Shown: positions 26,401 to 38,600 of the stretch, piece after piece
Numbering within the stretch: the first letter of the stretch is position 1
Layout of the letters: every line of letters begins with the position of its first letter
Source of the DNA: Tubulanus polymorphus
Lineage: Eukaryota > Animalia > Nemertea
Assembly: GCF_964204645.1 (NCBI RefSeq)
Contig: NC_134032.1
Location: 12,388,275-12,452,274 of the forward strand
Reading direction: 5' to 3'
DNA: 64,000 nucleotides
Translations under genes and position numbers: made by a program
The notes under the pieces: generated by a model
Database searches by the model: none
The model's input: the letters and a program-made list of their open reading frames with translations, nothing else
Told to the model about the DNA's origin: nothing

Positions 26401-27681
26401 GATTGCCAGTGCATGCATTGCAGTTGCTTGCAGATTATTCGGGACTCGAACCCTCGCGGCGTATTGCGCCACGCCGCTAACCGAGACGAACCGTAGCGCC
26501 CTCTACACACCGTGCCGCACCGAGGACGCAAGTGTAAGTAAATTTCAGTCTTTTAATTTGCTCGAATTAATTGTCTTAACCGACTAATCCGCCGACGGTA
26601 CCCCGTTCGGCGGGTAGATTAACGCGCTGGTTAGTTAATCATGTCGGATTAAAGCTTGACGGATGAGAAATTGAGTCTGTAATCACGCGCCAAAGGCGTT
26701 AGTTTTGTTGCCTCCTCAATCAAATTCAATTAATAAAAAAAGGATATTTACTCGTTGCTTTATTCGTTGATGCGTTTAACCACGAAATTTGTAATAAATA
26801 AGAAATCATATCGTATATACAGTGGTAAGACTACCTGATGAGTTCATTATAGGCCTTCTTCAGCTTTTTGTGGCGCTAGTCTAACATGTCTAAAAAAGCT
26901 GCTTTAAGTAAAGGCAGGGATTCCATATTTGGAACACCAACACCTGGAAACCACCATCCTCTTAGATGTTCACTTTGCTTTATGCTATTGCACCACTGCC
27001 TGAAATCATGTTTACATATAGGGTGTAATGATTTGTGTAAGTAAGACTCAAAATTCTGAGTTTGGCCTTTCGTGAGGCCTGGTGGTGCAAAATCAAGTCA
27101 CTAATTAGCTTCTACAAAAAAGAGCATTTTCTTTTATTTTAAAAGTGGTGCCCTAGAATACTGTATCGAATCTTTGATTGGAGACCTCAGCTCACGTAGG
27201 AACTAAGTTTAGTTTTGAGGAGCATGGAACTGTAAAAAATAAAATCTGAAATAAGCGTAAATGCTGTAAGAGGGAGATGAATTCCATCAGTTGGAAATTG
27301 GGTTTCAAGAGCTGCTATTGTTGCCCTGCGGCTGTATGGATTTTAGATAGGTTTATTTAATTTTCACGCTTAATGTAGCCACACACAGAAATTACTAGTG
27401 GCATTCATTACTAGTTGACCCTACCACCTGATGATTGAAGTTATCACAAAAAATTAATTACAGTAATTTGACGCAAAAAAAAACATAGTTGTAAATTTTT
27501 AAAACTTGAAATGATTTGGAAATTGAGAGTATTTTGATGTTTGGGAGAAGTTGATGTTTTAAAATGAGTAGAGACTGCTCTGAATTCGTAGTCAGGTCTG
27601 TTGTAGCTCGAATTAAGATAAGAAATTTCAACCGTTGCTTATTTTTTGCAGAGCACACAACGCAATACTCCCAATACAACG

Positions 27682-28149
27682 ATGGCCGATGATGATCATG
27701 ATTTCACCAACGCCGATGCCGGTGCATCCAAAACCTACCCGCAGCAGTGCTCGGCGCTGCGTAAGAACGGCTACGTCGTCATCAAGCAACGTCCGTGCAA
27801 AATCGTCGAGATGTCGACGTCGAAGACCGGCAAGCACGGCCACGCAAAGGTGCACCTCGTCGCGTTGGATATTTTCAACAATAAGAAGTACGAGGACATT
27901 TGTCCGTCGACGCACAACATGGACGTGCCGCACGTGAAACGTATCGACTACCAACTGATGAACATTGACGACAACTTCTTGACTTTGATGTCCGACGCCG
28001 GCGAGCAACGCGAAGACATAAAACTGCCGGATAACGAAATCGGCAAGGAAATCTCGTCGAAGTTCGACGCAGGCGAATCATTCTACGTGACGATCTTGTC
28101 GGCGATGGGCGAAGAGGCCGCGGTCGGCACGAAGGTGATGACGTCGTAA
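27682..28149 (+). CDS. EIF5A: Eukaryotic translation factor eIF5A (155 aa)
   Basis: MADDDHDF...[13 protein letters not shown]...[12 protein letters not shown] (hypusine lysine)...; CDS without introns; 5' UTR intron 26534-27651. Confidence 0.98.
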   Translation: MADDDHDFTNADAGASKTYPQQCSALRKNGYVVIKQRPCKIVEMSTSKTGKHGHAKVHLVALDIFNNKKYEDICPSTHNMDVPHVKRIDYQLMNIDDNFLTLMSDAGEQREDIKLPDNEIGKEISSKFDAGESFYVTILSAMGEEAAVGTKVMTS

Positions 28150-30028
28150 GGAGATAAGGCGGGCGCGCGTTACATTCTGATTCTGTCACCGTCGTCGATG
28201 ATTTCAGTATCTTCCAAATCGAAAAAGAAAATGATGATTAAAGAAAAAAAAATATAAACGAACACGTCGAAACAACACGCATGCGCGCGAGAAATATATA
28301 CGAAGTACGCGCGTCGTCCCCGCGACGACGTGGGTGGCGCCGTTAAATTTTATTATTGCCCCGCGCGCTCATGGAGTAAAAAGACTTGATGAGAAATTCG
28401 AATTTCAAGATAATTCTCGTCGGCGAAAATCTCGTCACTTTATCCGAACACTCTGTCTCTCTCCTCTCTCTCTTTCTCTCCGAAGAATAGATGAAAATTA
28501 ATTTAACAAAAAAAAAGAAACGATTGTTAATATGCAAATATTCAACTACTGTGCTTGTGGTCTATTATCAACGAAATATAATTAACGAACTGATTTATTT
28601 AACTTTACTGTATTTTTTCTTCTAACAAAAGAAAACGAAATTTCGTACGATTTTTCGTCGAGGTGAAATGAAATGAATTCGGTCTTTCTGTGCTGACTTG
28701 TATTTAGATATATTGATAACGCCAGTTATCGTTATAATTCAACGATAAATATTATTATTATTGTGATTATTTCGACTGAATTATTGTATATGCCAATTAA
28801 GGTTATGCGGAGCTCGTTAAATAAACATCTTGAGAAATAACGAACTACGGCAAACAATGTTTTGAGATTTATTGAGATGGTTAAAAGAATTTTTGAAAAG
28901 AAATGCATTATATTATTATTATTATGATTACTATTATTATGAATGTGTCGGTTTTGAAAGGTAATAATAAAATTTTCAAGCTACTTTAAATCGGATAATT
29001 TTAGTTTGTTCGTTTTCATGTGTTGATAGTCTTGTTTGGGTGGCTCCTAGCATATCAAAGTTGGAGCTTCCAGGTCCATCACTTCTATCAACTGCTTGTG
29101 TTGTTAAACCCTTTTCATTCTGTGAAGGTGTAGTTTGTCCGAATCTAGTTCTGAAAACTCGAAACGCTAAAAATTCTCCATTTATGGGATCATTCCTAGG
29201 ATCCAGTAGGAGGCCAGTGTCACCTGTCGCTATGTGATGCCTTGATTCCTAAACTAAATGGAAAATGCTGTCAAAGGTGCTTGTTACTTGAGCGTAATGT
29301 TGAAACTTAAAAAATGGGCAATTAGAAATGTTTGTCTAGTTAGCAGTTGTACAGAAGACTATATGTCTAGATCAGTTCAGTTGGGACAACGAATTTCCTG
29401 TAGTGTCAAGAATAAAGATTTGCTTACAAAACCAAAAGATATTGCTTTACGGAGATGACTGATCAGTACTAATTAGGAGTCAACTGTAATTGGGACATGA
29501 AAGTGATGCGAATGCTTCCTCGAAATTTGAAATGTTATCTTCTTAAAACTGCATATCCAAGAATGAGTGATCCGAAGGGGCCCTGCATAAGAGGTAAAGA
29601 TAGATATAGAACTATCGGGTTCTTCCAAATGATATCTGTCCTAAACTGCTGTAACGAGTGGTCATCACTTCTAATGAGGGTTGACGACAAACGCAATTCG
29701 CAAAATATTTTGAACATAGAAAGTAAATAATTAACTGTTACCACTTTCTAACTAAGATATAATTTTATTATTGACAAAAAAACAGCATGATCATCCAGAC
29801 ATCATCTGAGACATTTTTAATTGAAGAATGATCTATGAACACCAGACATTTTATGAGCACACATTCAAATTGATCGTCCACACTTCATATCTGTTCAGGA
29901 CTTCATCAGAGACATTTTTAATTGAAAACGAACAACAGACACACATTTTACCAACACACTTTCATAAAACTGTCTTCGAACGGTAGCTAGAGATTAGTTG
30001 CCAGCTGTAGTTTGACCACAGAATATAT

Positions 30029-32055
30029 TCATTTACCGGTATCTATTACTCTTTGTTTTTCGGTCAGTTTGCGATAACCGCGCCCGTCCATACCGAGCTT
30101 ACCGATCGTTATCGGATACAACTCCATTTCTACGAACTTATCGTAGCGCACCCGCAGCGTTTCGATGCTGTAATTCAGAACGCGCGGGTGCGCGACCAAA
30201 TCGTCGACCGGCTGACCGAGATCGGTCAACAAAAAGTCCAGCATCGCTTCGAGTTTAATCGGCGACATCCCTCGCAGACGGTCGTAACGAGCGAACATCG
30301 ACGCGACGCTGCGATCGTCTAAATCCAGACGCCGTCGCAGATATTCCTCGTTCGTGCGACAATCGGCCAGAATCTCACGTTCCCGCTTGTGTCGATGCAA
30401 CAAATCGTCGAAGATATCGTCGGCGCAGTACAACAAGTGAAAATAACCGTCGCAGTTCTGCGGCGTCAAACCGCAATTTCGTACGACCGGAACGCGGCGT
30501 TTCAACTGCTCGAGTCGCGCGTGAAGCACCCGCGGGTGATTCCGTACGGATTCGGCGTCGATTCCCGCGCCGCGGCGCAGAAAATCCAGTTTCTGTTTGA
30601 CCGTGAAAATGTGACAGTTTTTCACCGGCAGGTACTCGACTAACTTATCGGCGGTCGCTCCGTCGCATTTTAGATAGTTACGCAACAAACCGCGTTTTCC
30701 GCCGAATTTCGTCGTCAGTTTGTATTTCTTCAGTTTTCGTTCGAGACGATTCTCGTATCCGATCTCGGACGTTTTTAAATCTAACAGTTTGAACGGTAGT
30801 TGCAAACTGTGCAGCTCGTCGACGCGGTTTTTCAACGTGTCGTAGCCGAACGTGTAGACGTCCGGATACGTGAGGATCTCCGCGGCAGTGATTTCGTTTT
30901 CGATCAACAGTTCGGTGATGTTTCGAATTTTCGAGAAGTTTATCCTCATAAGTCGCCTCTGTTTTTGAATGAGCGAACGGATTTCGCCGTCGGTACAATT
31001 CAGTTTACCGCTTAGATACCTGAAAATATGGATAAAAAGTTTCAAAGCTGAGTCTCAAAGACGCAATGTCTTGAAATGGTAGATCTATAAGGCTTGAGCT
31101 GGTGGTAAGTTTTTTTCGACTATTCAGCCAAACAGGCTTAGTTTCTGATAGAATCCCGCGATAATAACGAAAAAATAATACCAAGTCCGAAAATGTTTCC
31201 TTGAGCCTATTAGTCTTTTCAACTCGACTTAATCCTTTTCCATGGAGTAAGTCCTTTCCTTCATCATATTGAAGATTCTCGGACTGTCTAACTTTTGTTG
31301 TTAGATCATCGAGTTGGGAAACACTGATCGGCCTATCCAAATAGCATTTGCTTCACTGGTATTCGAACCCACAACCGCTCAGGTGTGAGTCAAACAAACA
31401 CCCTATCCACTAAGCCACAAAGACAGGACGAACCTTATTCTTGTAGTCATCTTCAGGAATACTGATAGGTCTACGATCAAAATTAGCATTCCTGAAGATG
31501 ACAATAAGAATAAAGTCGAAATGTTGAATAAATTACTACTGTTTAAGGAAAAATAAACAGGATGATATCATCGCAACACGGATTCAGTGTTGGTACGTAG
31601 GCATGGAAACATATCGCTAAACTTTCAAATCATGGAGTCACTTCTCTTCATTTAACCCCTTTCAGTGAAGACTTTTTGGATATCCTTCAATACAGTTTCT
31701 AATGGATTAAAAAACGATGATTTAGGTCAACTGCCTGTCCTTTCTGGTCCCATTTAGACCTTTTTACAGGTATGTACCACCAAATATGAGCGAGCTAGGC
31801 CACCCAGAATGCTTTCAAGTCAGGTTGAAAAAGACATTAGTAGGCCTAGCTAGGCGTTGTTTCTCAAACAATGACTCGTAACAACGACTGTTATTGAGAC
31901 TACTATAGCACCTACTTAATTCTCAATTCCAGGTCTGATGACTCGCTGCTGTCTCTCGTACCGGTAGCTGATAAATATCGACTCAGAACGATATTCACTA
32001 TGAGTGCCGATTGCGGGGCAGACGGCACAACCAACCGCAGTTTAGATAAAAACAT
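30029..32055 (-). CDS. mTERF-family mitochondrial protein (~376 aa)
   Basis: Exon 32055-31916 (MFLSKLRLVVP..., resembles a mitochondrial presequence) joins in phase to 31019-30029. Repeated mTERF-like motifs KLDFL...HPRVL...LKRR and LDFLL...HPRVLNYSIETLRVR. Confidence 0.8.
31349..31424 (-). mobile_element. tRNA-derived SINE head fragment
   Basis: Minus strand GTGGCTTAGTGG (A box) ... GGTTCGAATACC (B box); no proper cloverleaf. Confidence 0.55.
31488..31529 (+). ncRNA. Minimal type I hammerhead ribozyme motif (Penelope-like element type)
   Basis: attc-CTGAAGA-t-GAC-loop-GTC-GAAA-tg-t-t-gaat: stem I attc/gaat, stem II GAC/GTC, conserved core. Inverted truncated copy at 31434-31460. Confidence 0.6.
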
Positions 32056-32089
32056 CTTTGTAGACCTCCGAAGTTGATGACAACAACCT

Positions 32090-32626
32090 GAAAATGAAAT
32101 TAAATAACAAAAATCTCTATTTATCTATGGCCCTGTGGGCCGTACGGGATGCATGATATGAATTTTTATCTGATTGATATGATTAGTTTCGGTTTCTATC
32201 GATCAACAATCATCATTCAATTCTCAATGTCAAATTATTTCAAAAATCTAATAAGACATTTCAGAAAATATGCAGGAATGAATTCTACAACAGAGAATGA
32301 CCTTGAAAATTATCTCAAAACATAGTCTGTAAGGATGCGGACTACTTTAAATGCGTTTTCGTTCGTTTTTCGAAATATTTATTTTCAAATTCATGGGGGC
32401 TGCCATTTTGTTTTGTAATCTCCTCTATATCTTATTTGATTCAGATAAATTTATAAATTACCAGAATAATCAGGTAGTAGAGCTAATTTTAATAATTCTA
32501 TTGACATCTCAATATCGGCTCTCATTAAGATTCTGGATCGCAGTTAGTCTTTACTTTTCTGAAATATATTTTGGAATCAAGAGAAGGCTAAGACCTCAAC
32601 GCCCTCTTCCCGTAGCGGCTTGAAAC
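32090..32626. promoter_or_regulatory. Bidirectional promoter region mTERF/RPN2
   Basis: Head-to-head genes; TCT-like CCTCTTCC at 32603; YY1-like GCCATTTT at 32402 (also 32841). Confidence 0.5.
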
Positions 32627-35600
32627 ATGTCGCAAGGTAGGTGTTTTATCTCGCTCTGTTTCGCTTAATATTTCTACTAAAATAACGGTGCAATCTTAGA
32701 ACTTTTACTTCGACAATGATCATAAACACCCGGTCTACGTTAGACGTTGAAATCGTCGTGAAATATCGTTCATAAAATCTCTAAATTCGATTTTGAAAAT
32801 GGTTAATTGTTTCGTGGTGCGGCGAGCGATGCCGGTCCGCGCCATTTTGCCACGTGTGACGTAGACATTATAAGCTCGGTGTTACACATTGATTGGTTGA
32901 AACGTGTTGTTTGAGTAATTAACTTTCTTTTAATTAATTTTGCTGCTAATTAGTAAAAATTGTAAGATTTAATTATACCTGTCTGTGGCTCATTTTAAGA
33001 TCTCCAATTCACCGCAAGAAGAAGGTCTTAAAATATGAAAATCCAGTAAATTACTGATAGTATCATTAATTATTAGTAATTAGGCAATTACTAAAGAGTT
33101 AGATTAGTCTTTTTGATGGGCAAATTATGAATGAAAATGGAACTAAAGTGTAAAGGTGTCTATGGCATTTAGCCTTAGCAAGATAGATTTGACTTGTTCG
33201 TTAGATTAGGCTTATATAGGCCTATTTGTTATTACTAGATACAATTTTTTCGGCTCAAAACTATGCAAAACTAAGAAATCCAAACTTCCTTCATTTTGAT
33301 GGTGAAGAAATATTGAATAAAGAGTGTGGCTCCAAAGGATTGTAATTAAAATTTCTGAGCTGAAAGTCTATAAGTCTTGGGAATTTATTGAGAGATTGTT
33401 AGATCGTATAAAATCAAATTTTTACTGTGTTAATTACTTGGACTTAGCAGATCTAGTCAGGGAAAATGACGTGCATCGTCCAGGGAAGGGCAAGTCAAAT
33501 ATAAGTGACTAACGAAGAATTCTATTTTGTTTATTTTCAGGAACGAGTGTTTTGGTGTTTTTTGCGTTGACGATCGTTGGTCAGGCGTTGACGCCGTCGT
33601 CGTATTTTACGACGGTCGATCAGCAGCGTCTGAAAGCGATATTCGAGGCCGCTCAGCCGTACGCCGACCTCGTACAGGCCCACTACTCGATCATGGGTCT
33701 CAAATTACTCGGCTCGTCCATACCTAAACCTCAGGTACATACATTTATAGTGTTATGCTTTTTGAAAACCTGGACTTGGTTCAGAAGTTTTGGATAGATA
33801 GTTCGATAAGTTAATTTTTTCAATGTTTTAAGGCTCGGAGCCAATTCCGTAACATCTTGATAAAATTCCTTAAGTTAGAAAATTGTTGAAAATATCTACT
33901 TGAAACGGGCTGTAGAACTGGGGTGGTATTTCTGGGTGTGGTTAATATGTTCCACCATCCAATTTAACCACAGCCATCTGAGTAAAATGCGTTGGTGAAA
34001 AACGGCTCTATGGCCAAATCTAAGCTTTGTGCAACTAGCAATTTGTTGCATGTCAGTCAAATGCATTACCCGGTCTCTAAGATATCTAAGTTGACAGTAA
34101 GTTGAACCTCTTTCTTGGCACAGTTTACTGGTTTCGAACGTTAACTGTGTTTATTTATTTACGAGAGGAACAAAAACTTGTGAAATCGTCTTCGGTTTCT
34201 AGCAGAAAAGTTGTTACGAAACCATCCTAAACTTTCACTACAATCGACAAAATATCATTGACGAAAGCGCAGAATTATTAACACCAACAAGTTTACCAAA
34301 TGAAGACATTTTCTGGTCTTGGGATTTCAGTTTTTTTTTCTCCAGTTAATTGATGGGTAGAAGTTCTGAAGTTTCTAGAAATGAATGGATTCTATTTGCG
34401 CGTTTATTGAAGTTTAATTACAGTATTTGTTGTAATGTTTTGTAGGACGCATGCAGCGTAATTAAAGCCAAGCTAGAGACGAACAGCGTGGAGTCTTTAT
34501 TTCATGGTTCCTCGGCCGCAAAACAGCTCGGAAACTGCCAGGTATTGCATCACCTTTCTTTGACAAAATTCTGGAAATTGAATCATTCGACACAACTGAA
34601 GATGATTTTTTTTTGTCTTGTGTTCCTTGTAGCTTTCTGCCGGAAATGTGAAGGATCTGTTAACGAGCCAAATCAAACCTGAATCATCAACGCTTGTCAT
34701 CTATCAGGCATTTTTCGCGCTGAAGAACTTAGGATTGTCCGGTAAGCTCCCAGAAAAATATGAAAATCCTCTTTAATCTAAGTTTTTCGTAGAAGATAAA
34801 ATCAGTTGTATTTATTAAACTTTCTTGTGAGAAATTAAATTAAACAAGAAAGTAATGCAGTATCAGTGGTTCAGTTGTCTTCAATAAGATCATAACGTTA
34901 AGTGATATTTTTCCTGGCAGGTCTACAGCGGAGTTGTGGTGGTTTAAACACCCTGTTCCCTAGACAACTTGCTAAATAAAAAGATGTTTTTAAGTTTGAC
35001 CATTTTTAACTGTTCAGTGTTAATAACGGATTAGGTAACATCAAACATAATATCATGAAATCCTTCTACATTTTTAGTACAAGATAAAAATGTTCGTGTT
35101 TGATTAGATAATGTGATACCTATGTTTCGATTGTCTTCAAAAGCAATCATAGCGTGAAGCCTTGTTTCTCAGGCAGGTCTACAGCGGAGTCGTGGTGGTT
35201 TAAACACCCTGTTCCCTAGACAACTTGCTAAATAAAGAGATGTTTTTAAGTTTGACCATATTTAACAGTTCGGTGTTAAATAATGGATTAGGTAACATCA
35301 AACATATATCTCAAATATCCAGGGCCCAATTGCGCAGTGTTGAGACTTAATGGTCAAAATGAGTTCTATAACTGGATGTCCTAAATATTTAATCTTAGAA
35401 ACATTTTATTTTGATGATTAATATCATTTCTATGTTGTTATTTCAGTTGATGCTGCCGCGGTGAGCAAGTCTCTTTTGGCTGCCCTTAAAAAGGACGACA
35501 GCGCATTGAGGTGGGTTTTAAATCCGAAAAGTCTGCCATTAATTGCTTAGTTTCACAGATATGGATCAAATCCTTATTCATATGCAGCATTTTCCAGAGT

Positions 35601-38600
35601 TGAAGTTGAAGCGATCTTTTGAAACATGAAATAATTGATGATTTATTTGATATTGTTGTTTTACAGTTACGCCTACGCGTTCCACGTCGCTGCAGAGTTA
35701 ACCGACGTCCAGAAATTCTACGATTTAATCGAAGATGTCATCGCTCAGGCTGATGAGGTCGATGAGGAATTCTTACAGGTAACGAGTAGTCCCTTCATGA
35801 CCCTTTCCCCGAGTCCGTAAACTTATCTGATTGCCCAACTAGCAAGTGATAGTATCAACTGAATGTTTTAATGTCCGTTGGTTTCACTAGCTCTTCTTAA
35901 CGGAGAGAATTCTTGCTGAGATAAATTTCGAGGAGAAACTGACTGGTGGATCTGTCTTTAAAACCAACCACACGGTTAAGTAACCCTCGTACAAATTCAG
36001 TCTTCGATCGCAAGGAAATTTCTTATGCAAATATCATAGACACCTATTTGACTATTGAGTTTAATCCTGCTTTTTCTCGTGCTCACATTAGTACCAATAT
36101 GCGTCAGTGCCAGTTTCATGCTGGCCATGTTTGGTCCAACCATAAATCTCGGACCATGCTGAATTTTCGTATGGGTCAAAATGTAACATGCTAACTTGTT
36201 CTGGAAGTGACATGCCCTGATTGCCAAAGCATTCGTTGTTTTGATAGAAAAAATGATTTAGGACATCTCTACATCTCTGGCCTCTCAATGGACCCAACTC
36301 GGCTTAGTGTGATTGCGGCTATTGTATTTGTCGATTTAAAAGTTTTAGAAGAATCTCTGAGGCAAGTGTGGAAAGTGGTGGCTGCTCGTTTCTGGCAGTC
36401 ATCTCTTTAATTTTTCACAATGAAAAATTCTTGCCAAATCAAATTTTCCGGGGTCGAAACGACCTGTGATTCTGACGCACACAGATCACGGGATAAGATT
36501 ACCCGAACAACGACTCATACGCCACCTATTAGTGATTATCGTTACTTTGGATGATTTGATGATTCAATTTTTCGATTCTTCCTTTACAGTTTGAAGGTGG
36601 TTTGTTCACGACTTCATTGGTTTTGGATGGTGCTTACAAACTGGCAGCCAAGGCGAATAAAGCCCCGACTATACCGCAAGTAAGTATCTGCACGCGGAAG
36701 TCCTCTCAACCCCTGCGTAACGAGTATATTTGGGTTGTTTTTGCAAGATGAAATAAATTTTTCAGCTCTTTCTAACTTAGATTTATAAATTTACAGAAAA
36801 ATTGAGAAAGTTTCATTTGAAATTTAGAGCAGTCTTGGGGGCCAGTCTCATCCATTATAAATCTGGCTCACTTGCAGTGTTTTCAATTAGATATTAAAAA
36901 GAAGCCTGGTCCCTTTGAGAAACAGGAGGGTCCCATAATATGTCACAGTCCCTGAAAGGAAACCTGGTTTGAAAAAACAGGCGGGTCCTCTACAACCGAC
37001 TGACGGGTCTGGGACCTGGCTCTTATTAAAAACACTGACTTGAAGCCTCGAGTCTCGATATAACTCCTATTTGGTCTTTAAATGAATGCCTCATCTCATG
37101 CCTCCCGTTGGAGAGAACTTTACAGCAGAAATGATGATCGTTCTAGGGCAGACTTTGATAAATCTGTGATGCGAAAAACGGAACATAATCCTACTGATCT
37201 GCTGTAACGAAATAAGAAAAAGTACAACTGTTCATCTCGGTTGTTAAACGATGCGTTCTATTTTCAGGATAAAGTGGTGAAATTTACGAACTATTTCCTC
37301 AGTCGTAAACACGTTCACCAGCTGCAGGCGGCATCGCACCTGCTCGCCGTTATCAAATCATTCACCGACAATAAATACCACATCCCAGTGGCGATCACGC
37401 TTGCCAGTCCGGTTTCCGTGTCCGAGAAACAACAATTAGTTCAGGTGAGTCGAGCGTATTGACTATGAATTTTGAATTCAAACTAGATCCTCAAGTTCTG
37501 CGGTTATCAATATTTGATTAGAAAAGAAATGAAGATTCAAATGACTGTCCAACTATGTACTTCGATTTTGAAATCGACCCTCCTGTCTTTTGACTGTCTA
37601 CCGCAATCCAGCTCCTGACAGCGACTCAAAAACAGCTCGTTAGGCGTTTATATTGCGAACAGAAATAACGTCTATCTCTTACACCGGTGGCTCCATCTAT
37701 TGAGTCTCGGGTGAACGTATAGATACAGTGATAATCGATAACGCTTCGTGAGGTCGGGCGATGTAGGTGTATTATGTCTATGATACCGTTTGTTGTTTGT
37801 AGGTTCGCGTGACCGATTTGTTGGGTAAAAGTATCGGTAAATTGACGACGACGGCCGACTCGGCGCGACACATCGCTGACAACGCGGTCGTGTTGAACAA
37901 AAAGCCGTTCAAACCTTCAACAAGCGATAGGTAATAAAGTTTTCAATTAGAATGCGTATTTGAGATTGTGTTGCCGGTGGCTTGTATCCCACCAGTCAGT
38001 TTTAACTAATTGGCATACCACTTTAGTGCGTCTGCACTGCGGCACGATATATTGTTAGTAACTGATATTTCACTTTGTTTGACAATAGAGATAAAATCAA
38101 ATGATTAATTATATCAATACACTGTGGTGCGGCGTACTAGCAATGTCCATCACTGATTAATACCCGTGCTGTGGTGTAGATGCACTGAAAGGGCTAAGTC
38201 AGGCAAAATGACAGTAGACTTGAATGAGATGGGTAAAGGGGGTGATTTATTTCACATTTGCACTTTTGCTATGATACTTGGATTTCGTTCAGTGATTATT
38301 TATCTCGAAAGCTTTCGAGGTGAAATTAGGCTATTGTTGTTCATACTTAATGGTAATTCAAACACGCTAGATTAGACATTCGAGAAATATTGAAAGATTA
38401 AATTGAAAAGTCTAAATAATTAAAGTAGACTTGAGTAACCACTTGCGTACTCCTGGTGGATCCTCATTTTCCGCTGATTAGAATTCCATGCGAAACGTAT
38501 TTCGAAGTTGTGTTGTAATTCTGCAAGATAAGAAAGTTACTCGAAAAGTTAATATTCCGGTTACTTTTTAGACACTTGCTAGATTATCAGTTGCGGGGGT

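Noticed and set aside
27646-27681. N-terminal extension of eIF5A in the ORF track
   Set aside because: Starts at a TTG inside the splice acceptor; the real start is ATG 27682.
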